DNA from: the human T2T-CHM13v2.0 reference genome, Homo sapiens | Reading direction: 5' to 3' (one strand) | Length of the DNA: 64,000 nucleotides | NCBI RefSeq assembly: GCF_009914755.1 | Contig: NC_060937.1 | Part shown: piece by piece, positions 26,481 through 43,674 of the stretch | Numbering within the stretch: position 1 is the first letter of the stretch | How the letters are laid out: every line of letters begins with the position of its first letter | The notes under the pieces: model-generated | The model's input: only the letters and a program-made list of their open reading frames with translations | Database searches by the model: none | What the model was told of the DNA's origin: nothing | Translations under genes and position numbers: made by a program

Positions 26481-27254
26481 CAAGCACTCTATATAGTAAA
26501 GAAACACACTGTACCCTGTGAAATTTTCTTTAAGGTTACAAAAAGAAAAAACCAGCAAGAAAAAGAAAATTGGCCAAAACTAAATACACACATGACAGGC
26601 ACAACTCAAATTTAGAAAATAATGTGCCTAAATCAAAACCTAAATGTTATTTTCTCCTAGCCCTGCCCCAACTGTGTATGTCTCACTGTGAAAGGATAGG
26701 AGGGGCAGTTTTGCTGTCAACTCTGATGCAATCTGCTTAAGGAGTTCATTAATTGTACTGTAAAATGATGATCTTGTTGAGGGGCCTCTCAAAAAGTGCT
26801 ATGAGGCTAAAACTAGATATATCTGCCTGCAAAGTCTAATCTTATATGGCAGACATAGCACCCAATCTATAGCATTCAGAACATGGATCACATTTTTATT
26901 CCTCTAACACGTCTGGTTTTATCTTTTTGGGACAACAAAAGGTTTGTTGCAGTCTTAATCTGTAAATGTGCTTTTCCAGTAGGTTAAATGGGCAGAGTGC
27001 TCACTGTTCAGCCTCTTATCTATGCTTACCCAAGAGAGGGCCCAGATTACTCGAGAAGCCTAAGCAGGCTGCTCTGCTGCCACGATGGGAACACGCAGTT
27101 TAAGATGCAAATCCAATTGCTAACTTTATCTGCTGGGCATGCTAACACATGGCGACAGCTCCGAGTATCAGCAATGAAACCCTCCAGACAATGGTGAAGT
27201 CTATGTCAGGGAAATTTGCAGTCGGGTTCACCTTGCTCTGCCCAACAGTTTTCC

Positions 27255-27430
27255 GTTTTCTTTTTCCTCCTTTTTCTTTCTTTTTCTTTCCTTTCCTTCT
27301 TTTCCTTTCTTTCTTTCTTTTATTCTTTCTTTCTTTCTTTCTCTCTCTCTCTCCCTTCCTTCCTTCCTTCCTTCCTTCCTTCCTTCCTTCCTTCCTTCCT
27401 TCCTTCCTTCCTTTCTTTCTTTCTTTCTTG
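27255..27430. repeat. Compound (CTTT)n/(CT)n/(CCTT)n microsatellite
   Basis: Seen directly. Confidence 0.95.
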
Positions 27431-27614
27431 ACATTTCACTGATTTTATTATTCTGAGTTTGGGGAAGGCAAAAATCAAAAACGGTTGTTAAAGGAGACAA
27501 AATCTGTCATAAGTATATAAACACAAGAAATATTTACAGTTAACATTGCAAAATCACACAACAAACAACAATGATTATTAGAAATGTAACCTTTTTTAAA
27601 AAAAAGCAAAGACT

Positions 27615-27790
27615 CAAGTTAGCCAGATCTGGTGGTACATGCCTGTAGTCCTAGCTACTCAGGAGGCTGAGGTGGGAGGATCACTTGAGCCCAGGAGGTT
27701 GAGGCTGCAGTGAGCCGTGTTTGTGCCACTGTACTCAGCCTGGGCCACAGTGCAAGACTCTGTCTCAAAATAAATAAACTAATTAAATAA
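27615..27790 (+). mobile_element. Alu right arm / FRAM-like
   Basis: ttagccagatctggtggtacatgcctgtagtcctagc...gcaagactctgtctcaaaataaataaa. Confidence 0.85.
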
Positions 27791-29189
27791 AGGTAAGAAC
27801 TGTTTTCAAAAACTATTTAAGAATATATGAAAAACCATCAACAGTTAACAGATTATTTTGGTGACAAAGGGAAACCTCTACTAATATGGGAAGAGAATAA
27901 TTTAGTTATTTTTATTAAAAAAAACAAAAATCTAATTTTACTTCTTTTGTTCATTATTCATATAGTTACTTGTAGTAAAGTATTTATTAATATAACTTCA
28001 TAAGTACATATTTAGTCATACATGGATATATAAATACAGATAGGCAACAGCTTTAAAGTTTTTTGGCTATAGTTTCAAAATAAAATTAACTTAATATGAT
28101 AAATAAAATATTGTATACATTAATTATAGTATTACCTTCTTGATCAGCTATAACTTTTTAATAAACATAAATCATGTGTCATCTGCTATACATATTCATA
28201 TTTGTAATTATTTTACCTTGTATAATCAACCGTTCATATTATCTTTTTTCCTTTTTTTAACTGCATGAGTCTATGAAGTCTATGTATGTAGTTTTTTTTT
28301 AAGTATGAGTCTGGGAAGTCTATATATGAGTATATGAAGTTGACAAAACTATGTATGAGTATATGAGTAGTCAAAACTAATATATGATGATAAGACTCAG
28401 AGCAGTGGATGCTTCTTTTCCCCAGCAGTTTTCAACAGCTCATAAGGAGAAGGAGTTGGAATCTGCATCTCATCCCTTCCCAAAGGCCTCAGGCCTGAGA
28501 ATACTACTTCTCTCCAGAAACCAAGATGGTATTTTTCCTTAATTGTTTTTGTTTTTTTCTTAATTGTGTCTTAGGTTTTGGCTTTTCACACACATTATTA
28601 GTGAAGTCTTCGCTCACTAGTACCCAATCAACTTGTCCTCCACAGGTTCCACATCACCTTTCTTCGAGGGACAGACTCCTCTTCTTGACCTCCGTCTCCA
28701 TGTTCCCTCATGACACTTCACTGTCCTTCTCCAGCATGGACACTCTTTCCATCACTACCGCCCTGGAGAAGCTAGGTCCTCTTCTGGGAAGTCACTCCTT
28801 CCCAAAACCTCACACGAATTTTCTGAGGAGCAGCCCCAGTGCCCCCTTCTCAGCCAACACACCCACCTCCATTCTCTCTGAGCATCCAGTTTTGGTCAGC
28901 ACAGTTCTGCTCTCCCCCTTCCAAGCTGTTCCCAAGGTTATCATCCAGGGATATGTAAGTTTCCATCTGAAATGCATCATTCCTCCTCTCCTAGGCAGTC
29001 AAATCTCATTTCCAGGCCCACATCATCTGATTAATTTCTTAAACATCAGAATAATCATTAACAATGATACATCAGTTTTCTAGATTCCATCTTAACCAAA
29101 ACAACACACAAAAAAATTACAAACAACTTCTGGGAAGAAATTCTTTTGCCAATAGGACCAAAATGCTTAAACTATTCTCTCCAGGATAA

Positions 29190-29510
29190 TTTTTATTCAT
29201 TCTTAACACTCAGCTCAGGTGTCACCTCCTCTGTGGAGCCTGCAGCAAATTCCTTGAGACAGAGTTAGTCATTTCATTTTCTGGGCTTCACAAGATCATT
29301 GTAGCATTTAACACGTTGTATTATAATTACCTGCTAGGAAGTCTGCCTTTCCCACTGGGCCATGAACTCCACAAGAGCGAGAACTGTGTCTTATTCATCT
29401 TTCAATCCTCCATTTCAATTCAATTCAGCAACTATTCAACACCAAGCACTGTGTCAATTTCAAAGTTAGTACTTAATAAATATTTCAGGAGAGAATGAAA
29501 GAGTGAAGGG
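29190..29510 (+). mobile_element. L2 3' end
   Basis: cactcagctcaggtgtcacctcctctgtg...gtgtcttattcatcttt...cttaataaatattt. Confidence 0.65.
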
Positions 29511-31364
29511 AGATAAGTTTACATTATCTTAAAAATTCTTTCAAAAAAGTTCTGGCAGAAACTTCCTTTTTTATGTCTACTTCCAAGGAAAAAGTGTTTT
29601 CCCAAAATCCATACTTAGATAGGGACCCTCAAGATTTGTTTTTCCAGTTTGTTTTATGTTTATAAATTTAAATTTAAGTGATAAATATCTTGAATTATAT
29701 GGCATAGTACAAGTGACCTTGGAGGCAATCTCATCCAAGGAGACAGCTAATATATGGCACTCATGGCCTGCTCTCCACCTCCTGCATCCATAGCAGACAG
29801 CACGAATGGATCATGGTGTACTTCCTTATTAAGCCCATACTCAGCCTAGAATTCTCAACTCAGCACTTAACAAGCTGCTTTCTGGAGCTGGTAGTCAAGA
29901 TGAATCCTGCTTGCCATCCTTGATCTAGTTTATTCTCTCTTATTGCATATAAGCAGAGTGAGGTCCAGAAAGGTTAAATGAATATGCTTAGATTCCAAAG
30001 CTAATTATTAGAGCCTGAACTAGACCCAGGTCACCTAAGCCTCTTTCCACCAGAATACACTTTAATTTTATAGCTATAGGATTGAATACTTCATAGAAAA
30101 TGTTAGTTGTGGTCATCACGTTATATGTATATATGTATATATTTATGTATATACAATGATGAAAAAACCGACATTTTTACACTATATACATATGTATGTG
30201 TATATCTATGGACAAAACCAATATTTTCTATGAATTGTTTATTCCTATTAATCAGCTATAGAATATGTATGTTACATAATATATAATATAGCCACATAAC
30301 ATTTGTGTGTGTTATATATTACATTACATATTATAATATCTATGTTTTTCAGTCAAAAGTGAGGTAGCTCTAAAAGTGTGCCACAAAAAAACAGTAAAAC
30401 CCAAAAAAATACAATGAAAAACAAGCATTGGTCAATTTAACTCTTTGATATTTTTCTTATAGCTTCTTAGCATATGCAAGACCTATTTGGAAAAAAAATA
30501 GCTGTGGAAATTAGAATTTAAGGCTGGTTATGTATATTATTTTAGTCAAGGGTTATGGAGTTAGTAACATATACTAATTTTCACTGTGTAAATTCGCTCA
30601 TCCTCCTCCATGTGATGACACTGCCACCAATACAAGGGGGAATCAGAGAGGATCCCGGAACTGTCTTAATGTTACTGTTTAGGCAACTCCAATGCTAGAA
30701 GTATCTCTGTTTATCACACACAAATGTGTAAAAGAATGTATGTTAGAGAAAACAAGAAAATATTAAGAAGTGAGTACAAACCATTGTTTTCTTTTTCAGA
30801 GCATGAGTTTAAAATCCTCCAAAGGGATAGGGTTGTTTCTTCCAAGTGGGTCAGCAGGGGTATGAGAAAGAAACAGAAAAAGTTGAAATAAACAAAATCT
30901 CAGATTCTGTAGCCTCTTTTTCTTTGCATGGCAAACTGCAAGATACTCGCGAAGAATCAACACCCAGGATACCTCATTACCAGAGATAGAGAAGCAAATG
31001 AGAAAGGAGGTAAAGAATAAGCAGCCCCACAGCCTGAGAATAGATAAAAGAAGACAAGCAGAGGTCTTGGACACGGAATCACACAAATGTTAGCCATTTG
31101 AGGATAAGAAATGAAATAAACTATTAGCAAACAACAATGGTAGCCTTTGGAGGGGAAAAAGGAGTCTGATTTCTGTGGACCAAGAAAAAATAGTTGTAAC
31201 TGACTTCTGGTTGATATTTGGGCTACATGTGTCCATTTGTATCACTGCCTGATTTACAGGTGTAGCAGACTTATGACAGTGGCCCAGTAGACGTGCCTCT
31301 TCAGAGACCAGGGGTACTAGAGCAATCCTAGTTTGCCAACAATCCCTGGGAGAAATGGTGATGG

Positions 31365-32919
31365 CAGTTCTGGTAGTTATTTGCCTACTGTCTCTCAGAC
31401 CCAATCCAACCCTTCTATATTCAACTCTGTAAATGCCACAACTAGGTGTCTGAAAACTGTATTTCCCACACTAACTTGACAACTGGCTTTCAGTCAGATT
31501 CCACCAGTGGGAAGCACCAGCGGGAAGCTGCAAGGTGGGGAAGAAAGAGGCTGCTCCAGTGGGAGCATCTTCCATCTCTTGTGTGCATCCCTCCAGCATC
31601 TTTTATCACCTTTAGAACCAGGTGGGTGTGGTCCCCGCAGAAGTCGAGGCACCAGCACTGAGTTGGTTGCTCTTCCATGACAGCTGTCTGTTCCCTTCCA
31701 TTCTTAGCCCCTGAGGCAGCAGCAACCCCTCTCCTTAACTTCTAAGCTGTTGTAACTAACATCGCATTAACCATTTTTGTAAAATGTTACATGCGTTTGT
31801 AATTGGGAGACAAGAAAACTACACAACTACATGCTTTGCTGTATGTGCACGAACTGAATAAAAGATGCACAGTAACCAATCACTGACAGACTTTGAAAGA
31901 AGCAACATGACTGTTCAGTGATCAAGATGCAGGTCTCTTATTTACACAGTGATTTGCAGATTAAAGAGCTAATAATGAAGTTTGTACTTTATACAATTAA
32001 CCACAGTTGATATACTATGGTAACTGATTTTTAATCATGAAGGACTGGTGTTATTTACGAAAACTGTGGTAACTGAAATTCGTGCACATGAGAAGCATCT
32101 ACAGCAAGGATCTCCCATAGTTGTTTGTTAAGTCTCAACTCTTTGGGGGTTCATAACTTTATTCCTTTTGAATTATAACTCATCTTCTTCAATAAATGTA
32201 CCTCCAAACAGACTTGACTGGTCTTTTTCCTTTTAGAAACAAATTCATGGTGAAGTTTTATGAGTAATAAAAGCAATCTGTTCCCTTCTATTCTTTTTCC
32301 TCATGATATTTACACATTTCCTTGTGTTCACACACTAGATATGTGAGTCATACTGCATCATGCGCATTGGCCCATGGGCACGGTGGGCTGTGCTACTCAG
32401 CTGCCTTCTGTGTAAGTACATACAAAGATTAGATGAGAGTGGGCACCTCATGCATATGGATTATAGTTGTTTCAAACCTCTTTTGCCATTCTTCAAAATT
32501 TCCTGCCTTAGAATTCTGCATCCATGGCTTTTGCCAGTTGACATTGCTTTATGAGAGTAGGCAGAGTGTATGTGGCTTGGCTGATGGATTATGGGTGGAT
32601 GTGACATGTGCCAGACTGAGGCCTCCTGAGATATGACATGTGTCTAGTCATCCTCTCATTCTACAACTACATGCAGGAAAGGAGAATGCCCAAGACTCTG
32701 CTGCTCCTCCTGCCTGAGCCCCAGTGTGAACACACGTGGGACAGAAGTAAAGCAAGCCCCACAGGCTTGGAGCAAATCTTCTCAGTTGACCCTAGGGTAG
32801 ATCAGCTGAACTGCAGTTAACCTGCAGATGTGCAGATTGAAAGCTTATTGTAAGCCACTGAGTTGTTGAATGTTTCATTATGCTTTTTTTTTTTTTTTTG
32901 GCAATAGCTGATGAATACA
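31365..32919. mobile_element. Cluster of old MaLR (MLT1-like) and DNA-transposon-like remnants
   Basis: MLT1-type end ttattgtaagccactgag...gcaatagctgatgaataca at 32845-32919; internal boundaries not resolvable by eye. Confidence 0.45.
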
Positions 32920-33399
32920 GGGCAACAGTATGCGTGAAGCTAATTAGAAAATCCCCCCAAAAGTTATACTGAAGAACACAAAGACTTTCCAGCTGGTAGA
33001 GAGAGGAAATGCAGTAAAGACACAGACAAAGCTGAGGTGCTATGGAAAAAGAGACACAGAGTGGTTGCTTTTCACCTGGAATAAGTTTGGACTTCCCAGC
33101 CTTTTTTGCTTGCAGCAGCCTGAATTCTCTGAAACATTAAAGAGCTCACTGTCTCTATTCCACAGCCTTCATGCCTGTGAAGGTTGGATCTCCAGAGTAT
33201 ATTAGAAGTAGTTAGAGTGGAAATGGAGAAATGTTGAGACTTTCCACAGGAGTCCCTATATCTAAATCTAACTAGGCCTGAAGGTAAATTCAATTTACCG
33301 TTTCAAATGAGGCCCTAGGAGTGGATGGTGGAACTACGCAGCATCCACTTTCATTAGAACTGTCTGGGCCTTTCCTTTTCACCAAGACATAGAGCTCAT

Positions 33400-33640
33400 A
33401 GGAGAAGGTGAGCCTTTTATGAAAATTACTAATCCATTGAATTATTACCATCTCTCAAGTAAATCTCTAACCTACATAATCTCATTTGATTTTTCTCAAA
33501 GCTCAGTGAAAAAGGTGCTATTTTTAGCTGCATTTTACATATGAGGAGACTAAAATATATATCCTAAGTCATTTGCTTAAGGCCACACAGTTAGTAAACC
33601 CAGATGCTTAACGTCTCTACTCTAGCCATATTATGCTACT
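33400..33640 (-). mobile_element. MIR fragment
   Basis: cattttacatatgaggagactaaa...aagtcatttgcttaaggccacacagttagtaa. Confidence 0.6.
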
Positions 33641-34399
33641 TGTTTTTAGGAAGTAGTGGTAGAAACCAACTCCTGCCCTAGAAAGATTTTCATTATCCTA
33701 GGCAAGAAGATACAGTCCTTGAAATAAACAAACAATTCAGAGCAAAGAAAAAAATACTTTTTTTGTACTTTACTTATAGCAAACATGGACAAAATGCATT
33801 TCTTCCATGCATCAGGTGTTTTTATTCTCTGCTGGGCTTTGTTATCTCATCTTTCTCCCCTGGGATTCTTTCTCTCCCCAGTACTCCTTTCTATACCTTT
33901 AGTATTCACCATTTCCCTTCTCCCAATCCCTCAAAAAATCCAGAGCAGCTTAATTCATTTATTTTACAAATATTATGCGTGCTTATTATGGGCAAGTCAT
34001 TTTAATTTTGTAATGGACAATTATAACATTTCAGTTGTGTTAGTATTTCTGGGGATTGGTTGCCAATGGCAATCAACACACTCCAGTACTTGATACCTGC
34101 CCCAGTTCCAGTCAAAAGAACTTTCTCTCAAAACTGACTTAAAAACACAGTCCAGTTAGTTCCATGCATTTCTGCCAGCCATACCATGCTTGAGTAGTCC
34201 TTGAACCATCAGGCCTTGAGCACCATATTCTTGCACACTCTCATTACTGTTTTCACAACCTCTTTTCTCCATCCCTTCCCATGGTGCATCCTGAAATCTC
34301 TGTCCATTATAAACAAATTCCTTTACATTTTTAACCTCTTCCTTTCCCCTGTCTCTTTTCTTTCAGTCTATAAAACATGTTCATGAAGTTCCCTCAGTC

Positions 34400-35400
34400 T
34401 TTGGTAGCCACCATTCCAAAAAGAAATAAACACTCCTTTACCTAGCAAAGTCTAAGCTACCATACTAAATTTTGCCTTCTCTCCACTGTTCACGTTGAGT
34501 TCCCTACATTCAGTCTCCACTTAACTTCCCAGTTTCTCTTCATTCTACATCAGTCTGTCTTCTCCTCCCATGAAACTGCATATGGATTTATGAGTTGCTA
34601 GATCCTCTCCATCTTGATCTTATTTGACTTCTTACTTGATCAAGCTCTGGCTTGTGAACTTCTCTCTTTTCTTGGCTTTTGTGACACCACCTCACTTAGC
34701 TCTTCTTTTCTTCTAGCAATTTTTTCATCTGCTTCATGTGTACCTTCTCCTCTAGGTCCTGTAAATATTGAGGGTTCATCGGGATTCTATCCTTAGCCTT
34801 CCCTCTTCACGTGCTGCATGTGCTCTCTGAGGAATCTCTTTCATATATGTGGTTCTCACACCTATGTCTGCAGCCTAAATGTCTCTTCTGTGCTTCAGAT
34901 AGCAGATATCTGCCTACAGGATATTTCCACTTTGATATTCCACAAGGTTAAAATGTCAAAAACAAATTCAACTCCTTCTCTTGTCCTATAAACCTGTTCC
35001 CAACCCCACATGTTCAATCTCAGTGTATCACACAGCCATCAACTTTGTTGCTCAGCCCAGAGACTTGGAGTCTCCTAACTGTCCCTTTCATGCCCAATGT
35101 TCTCCATGCTTCCAATTTATCCTCCTCACCATTATGAAAGAGATCATTAAAAACTGCAAATCTAATCATTTTACTATTCCCCATCCTCATCCCTGCCCTT
35201 CTTGTGTCCCAGCCTCTTTCTCTCAAACTTTCAGACATTTAGGTGGCTCCCCAGCACCTCACAATGAAGTTCAAAGTTCTTACCATGCTCTGAACTTTGC
35301 TATTTAGACTCCGGTCCTAATTTCTCCTATTTTCCTTAAAATCCTTTACATTTTAATCACTTCATGATCCTTGCCACTCCTCTGAGTACTTATTTTCATG
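34400..35400 (+). mobile_element. Degenerate L2 fragment
   Basis: ctctctttttcttggcttttgtgacaccac and gttgctcagcccagagacttggagtc are L2-like. Confidence 0.55.
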
Positions 35401-37195
35401 AATTGATAGTCAGGGAACTTTAAAAATATAAGATATTAGGAAAGAGAGTGGATAAAGCAGAAAAGAAGAATTATGGAGGGATGGCAAGATGTTTGTCTAC
35501 CCACTAGCTGCAGAAGTTTAGGTAGAAAATAGGAGCTGTGTTCAAAAGACCGTATCTGTCAGCCATATCATGCTTGAGCTCTGAACAGATGCTGTACACT
35601 GGGTCACAGCAACAAAGACTGACAGAGTTGGGATGGGTCATTGACTTCTTCAGACCACAGCACAGCCCTGGTGCCCCGAAGGTATAGGGTAGAGGTAGGG
35701 GGGATAATGGGGGCTGAGTAACCCCAGCACAGCAGTGCTTTCACAGAGGCCACTATGATTGGAGTGAAGACCATGGTGAAGGTTCCTGATGAGTTTGGAA
35801 TGGAAGAACATGAGGGGAGTAGTTGAGACCAGATATTCTAGAGGATTACCAGGTATAACTGGGAAAGATGGCGAAAGAGGGGTGATATTCAGGAGTTATG
35901 CAGGTGGGGACTAGGCAGCAAATTACATGTCTACTGGGTTGCAAGGAAAACTGAAGACATCTGATGGGGACTCCCTTAATTCCACTGCCAAACCTAAAAG
36001 TGGAATGAACTTTTTTTCCCCTCACCTTGATTGTTTCTACTTCTGTCTAAGGGCAGTTCCTATAATTGTGCTTCAGATTTTTTCTCATCCGATCTTTTTG
36101 GCTGCCTTAAACTATTATTATTGCTCACTCTGTCTTGAGACTCCTTTCTGTAGAGATTTAAACATAATTCCCTGGCTTCCCTTTATCCCCCCTGACTTGC
36201 AAACTACAATCCTATCTCTCTTCCACCCTTAAAAAATCTTCTGAAAAAACTTGTCTATACTCTCTCTCTATGTCCTTACCTTCCTTTGACTCCCATATTC
36301 GTTACTAACAAGCAAGCAGGCAGAGGGATGTTCCAAGATGGCCTAATAGGAACAGCTCCAGTCTACAGCTCCCAGCGTGAGCGATGCAGAAGACGGGTGA
36401 TTTCTGCATTTCCAACTGAGGTACTGGGTTCATCTCACTGGGGATTGTCAGACAGTGGCTGCAGCCCACAGAGCAGGGCAGAGCATTGCGTCACCTGGGA
36501 AGTGCAGGGGGTCAGGGAATTCCCTTTCCTAGCCAAGGGAAGCCATGACAGACAGTACCTGGAAAATCGGGACACTCCCACCCTAATACTGTGCTTTTCC
36601 AACGGTCTTAGCAAACAGCACACCAGGAGATTATATCCCGTGCATGGCTCAGAGGCTGGGAAGCTCGAACTGGGTGGAGCCCACTGCAGCTCAAGGAGGC
36701 CTGCCTGCGTCTGTAGACTCCACCTCTGGGGGCAGGGCATAGCTGAACAAAAGGCAGCAGAGGCTTCTGCAGACTTAAACATACCTGTCTGACAGCTTTG
36801 AAGAGAGTAGTGGTTCTCCCAGCATGGAATTTGAGATCTGAGAATGGACAGACTGCTTCCTCAAGTGGGTCCCTGAACACCGAGTAGCCTAACTGGAAGA
36901 CACCTCCCAGTAGGGGCCGACTGACACCTCATACAGTGGGGTGCCCCTCTGAGAAGAAGCTTCCAGAGGAAGGATCAGACAGCAACATTTGCCGTTCTGC
37001 AATATTTGCTGTTCTGCAGCCTCTGCTGGTGATACCCAGGCAAACAGCGTTTGGAGTGGACCTTCAGCAAACTCCAACAGACCTGCAGCTGAGGGTCTGT
37101 TAGAAGGAAAACTAACAAACAGAAAGGACATCCACACCAAAACCCCATCTGTACATCACCATCATCAAAGACCAAAGGTAGATAAAACCACAAAG

Positions 37196-38221
37196 ATGGG
37201 GAGAAACCAGAGCAGAAAAGCTGAAAATTCTAAAAATCAGAGTGCCTCTTCTTCTCCAAAGGAATGCAGCTCCTTGCCAGCAACAGAACAAAGCTGGACG
37301 GAGAATGACTTTGACAAGTTGAGAGAAAAAGGCTTTAGATGATTGGAAATAACAAACTTCTCCGAGCTAAAGGAGGATGTTTGAACCCATTGCAAATAAG
37401 CTAAAAACCTTGAAAAAAGATTAGAAGAATGGCTAACTAGAATAAACAGTGTAGAGAAGACCTTAAATGACCTGATGGAGCTGAAAACCATGGCATGAGA
37501 ACTACATGATGCATGCACAAGCTTCACTATCCGATTTGATCAAGGGGGAGAAAGGGTATCAGTGATTGAAGATCAAATGAAGGAAATGAAGCAAGAAGAG
37601 AAGTTTAGAGAAAAAAGAGTAAAAAGAAATGAACAAAGCCTCCAAGAAATATGTGACTATGCAAAAAGACCAAATCTATGTCTGATTGGTGTACCTGAAA
37701 GTGACAGGGAGAATGGAACCAAGTTGGAAAACACTCTTCAGGATATTATCCAGGAGAACTTCCGCAACCTAGCAAAGCAGGCCAACATTCAAATTCAGGA
37801 AATACAGAGAACACCGCAAAGATACTCCTCGAGAAGAGCAACTCCAAGACACATAATTGTTAGATTCACCAAAGTTGAAATGAAGGAAAAAATGTTAAGG
37901 GCAGCCAGAGAGAAAGGTTGGGTTTCCCACAAACGGAAGCCCATCAGACTACCAACGGATCTCTCAGCAGAAACTCTACAAGCCAGAAGAGAGTGGGGGC
38001 CAATATTCAACATTCTTAAAGAAAAGAATTTTCAACCCAGAATTTCATATCCAGCCAAACTAAGCTTCATAAGTGAAGGAGAAATAAAATCCTTTACAGA
38101 CAAGCTAATGCTGAGAGATGTTGTCACCACCAGGCTTACCTTACAAGTGCTCCTGAAGGAAGCACTAAACATGGAAAGGAACAACTGGTACCAGCCACTG
38201 CAAACACATGCCAAATTGTAA
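37196..38221 (+). pseudogene. L1 ORF1p, disrupted
   Basis: MGRNQSRKAENSKNQS start, in-frame stop at 37340-37342 and further stops; C-terminal RPNLCLIGVPE...ARREWG...YPAKLSF still open. Confidence 0.92.
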
Positions 38222-38284
38222 AGACCATCGATGCTAGGAATAAACTGCATCAACTAACGAGCAAAATAACCAGCGAATATCATA

Positions 38285-42110
<3,826 letters not shown>

Positions 42111-42310
42111 ACAATGAGAACACTTGGACACAGGCGGGGGGGAACATCACACACTGGGGCCTGTCGTGGGGTGGGGGAAAGGGGGAGGGATAGCATTAGG
42201 AGATATACCTAATGTAAATGACAAGTTAACGGGTGCAGCACACCAACATGGCACGTGTATACATATGTAACAAACCTGCACATTGTGCACATGTACCCTA
42301 GAACTTAAAG

Positions 42311-42340
42311 TATAATAATAATAATCATCATCATCATCAT
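42311..42340. repeat. (TAA)n(TCA)n compound trinucleotide repeat in place of the L1 poly(A) tail
   Basis: tataataataataatcatcatcatcatcat directly before the right TSD. Confidence 0.9.
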
Positions 42341-43674
42341 AAAGCAAGCAGGCAAAACAAAACAAAACAACCACCTTCCAGGGTTACCGACGGCTTCCTT
42401 ATCCAAAAATCCAAGGTATATTTTGCATTTCATTTATCTTACTTTGCAATCCTTGACATTGTTTATCATTCCCTCATTCCTAAAGCCATTTTATTTTTTT
42501 ACTTTGGCCTCTTTAACTCCCTTTCCTGTTTTTTTCCTACCTCTTTGGCTGCCCCTTCTACTTCTTCTTTGCAGAATTAGCCTATATTACCTAGATTAAA
42601 TGGAGAGCTGCTCATTCTATATTTGATCTCTAGAGAGTCCAATCCTTACCTATCAGTTATATTTAGATTTCCATATCAATAATTCTCAAATTTTATGTCT
42701 TTGCATTGCAGCCACACTGGCCTTTCAGCTCTTCAAATGCACCATATTTGGTCCCCCTATATTTTTGCACAAACTGTTCATTGTATCAAGAATATGCTCC
42801 CCCCTAGTAAACTCTTGTTCAGTTTTCAGATCTCAACTGAACTTATGAGAAGGCTTTTCTCACATCATCCTAGGTCAGGTTCATTTGCCTTGCACTCCCA
42901 TAACACTGTCTCTTTCCTTCAGAGAATTTAATTTACAGTTATGAGTTTGTTCTGTCTCCTCCCATTTCGGATGATTTCAACCCTCCTGATCTATGTTAAA
43001 GGCAGAGACAGCAAAGCAAACATTAGTTGTTTTCATTGTCATCCACCTTTTTGAGGTAGATGAGATCTGTCATTTCTCAGTCTAGAGTCTCTTTCAGTTA
43101 GCAATACTGGTGAAAGAATAAAAGAAGCAACATGCATGTGGTACTTACTGGCACAGGTTGCAGTGAAACCATTGGGAGAAATGAGTCTGCAGTGCCTCCA
43201 GAAACTCTCAGGTGAGCAAACTCAATTTATTCCTTTTCTATACCTCCAATCCTTGCTTTCCCAAGTTCATTCTTAACAGGGAGCACACATCCCTCCAAGG
43301 CATTTCTGCATGTCCAATATGTTGCTAGTTAGCTGTTATTCTGCCTTTGATTACTTTTTTCTCTTTTCCAAATTAAACTTTTTGAGACATTTTAAATTCA
43401 CAAAGATGTAAGAAATAACACAGAGAGATCCCATGTGTCCTTTTCCAAATATCCCCCAATGGTGTTGTCATGCAAAACTGTAGTACGATATCACATCCAA
43501 AATACTGACAGTGATACAGTCAAGATACAGAATGTTTCCATCACCATAAGGATCCCTCTTGTCGCCCTTCTACAATCCCACCTACTTCCTTCCCACCCCC
43601 ACCACCTTCATAATGCCTAGCAAGCACGACTCTGTTTCTCACTTCTATAATTTATTTCTGTATGTTTATCTTTT

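Noticed and set aside
27149-27500. Overlapping ORFs rich in F/L/P/S or R/K/E/G (also 4257-4682, 4291-4593, 56015-56371)
   Set aside because: Open only because microsatellite or low-complexity sequence lacks stop codons
28526-29083. 185-aa ATG-initiated ORF
   Set aside because: No recognisable domain, S/P/L/F-biased from C/T-rich sequence, no promoter or splice support visible; a BLAST hit or Ribo-seq signal would be needed
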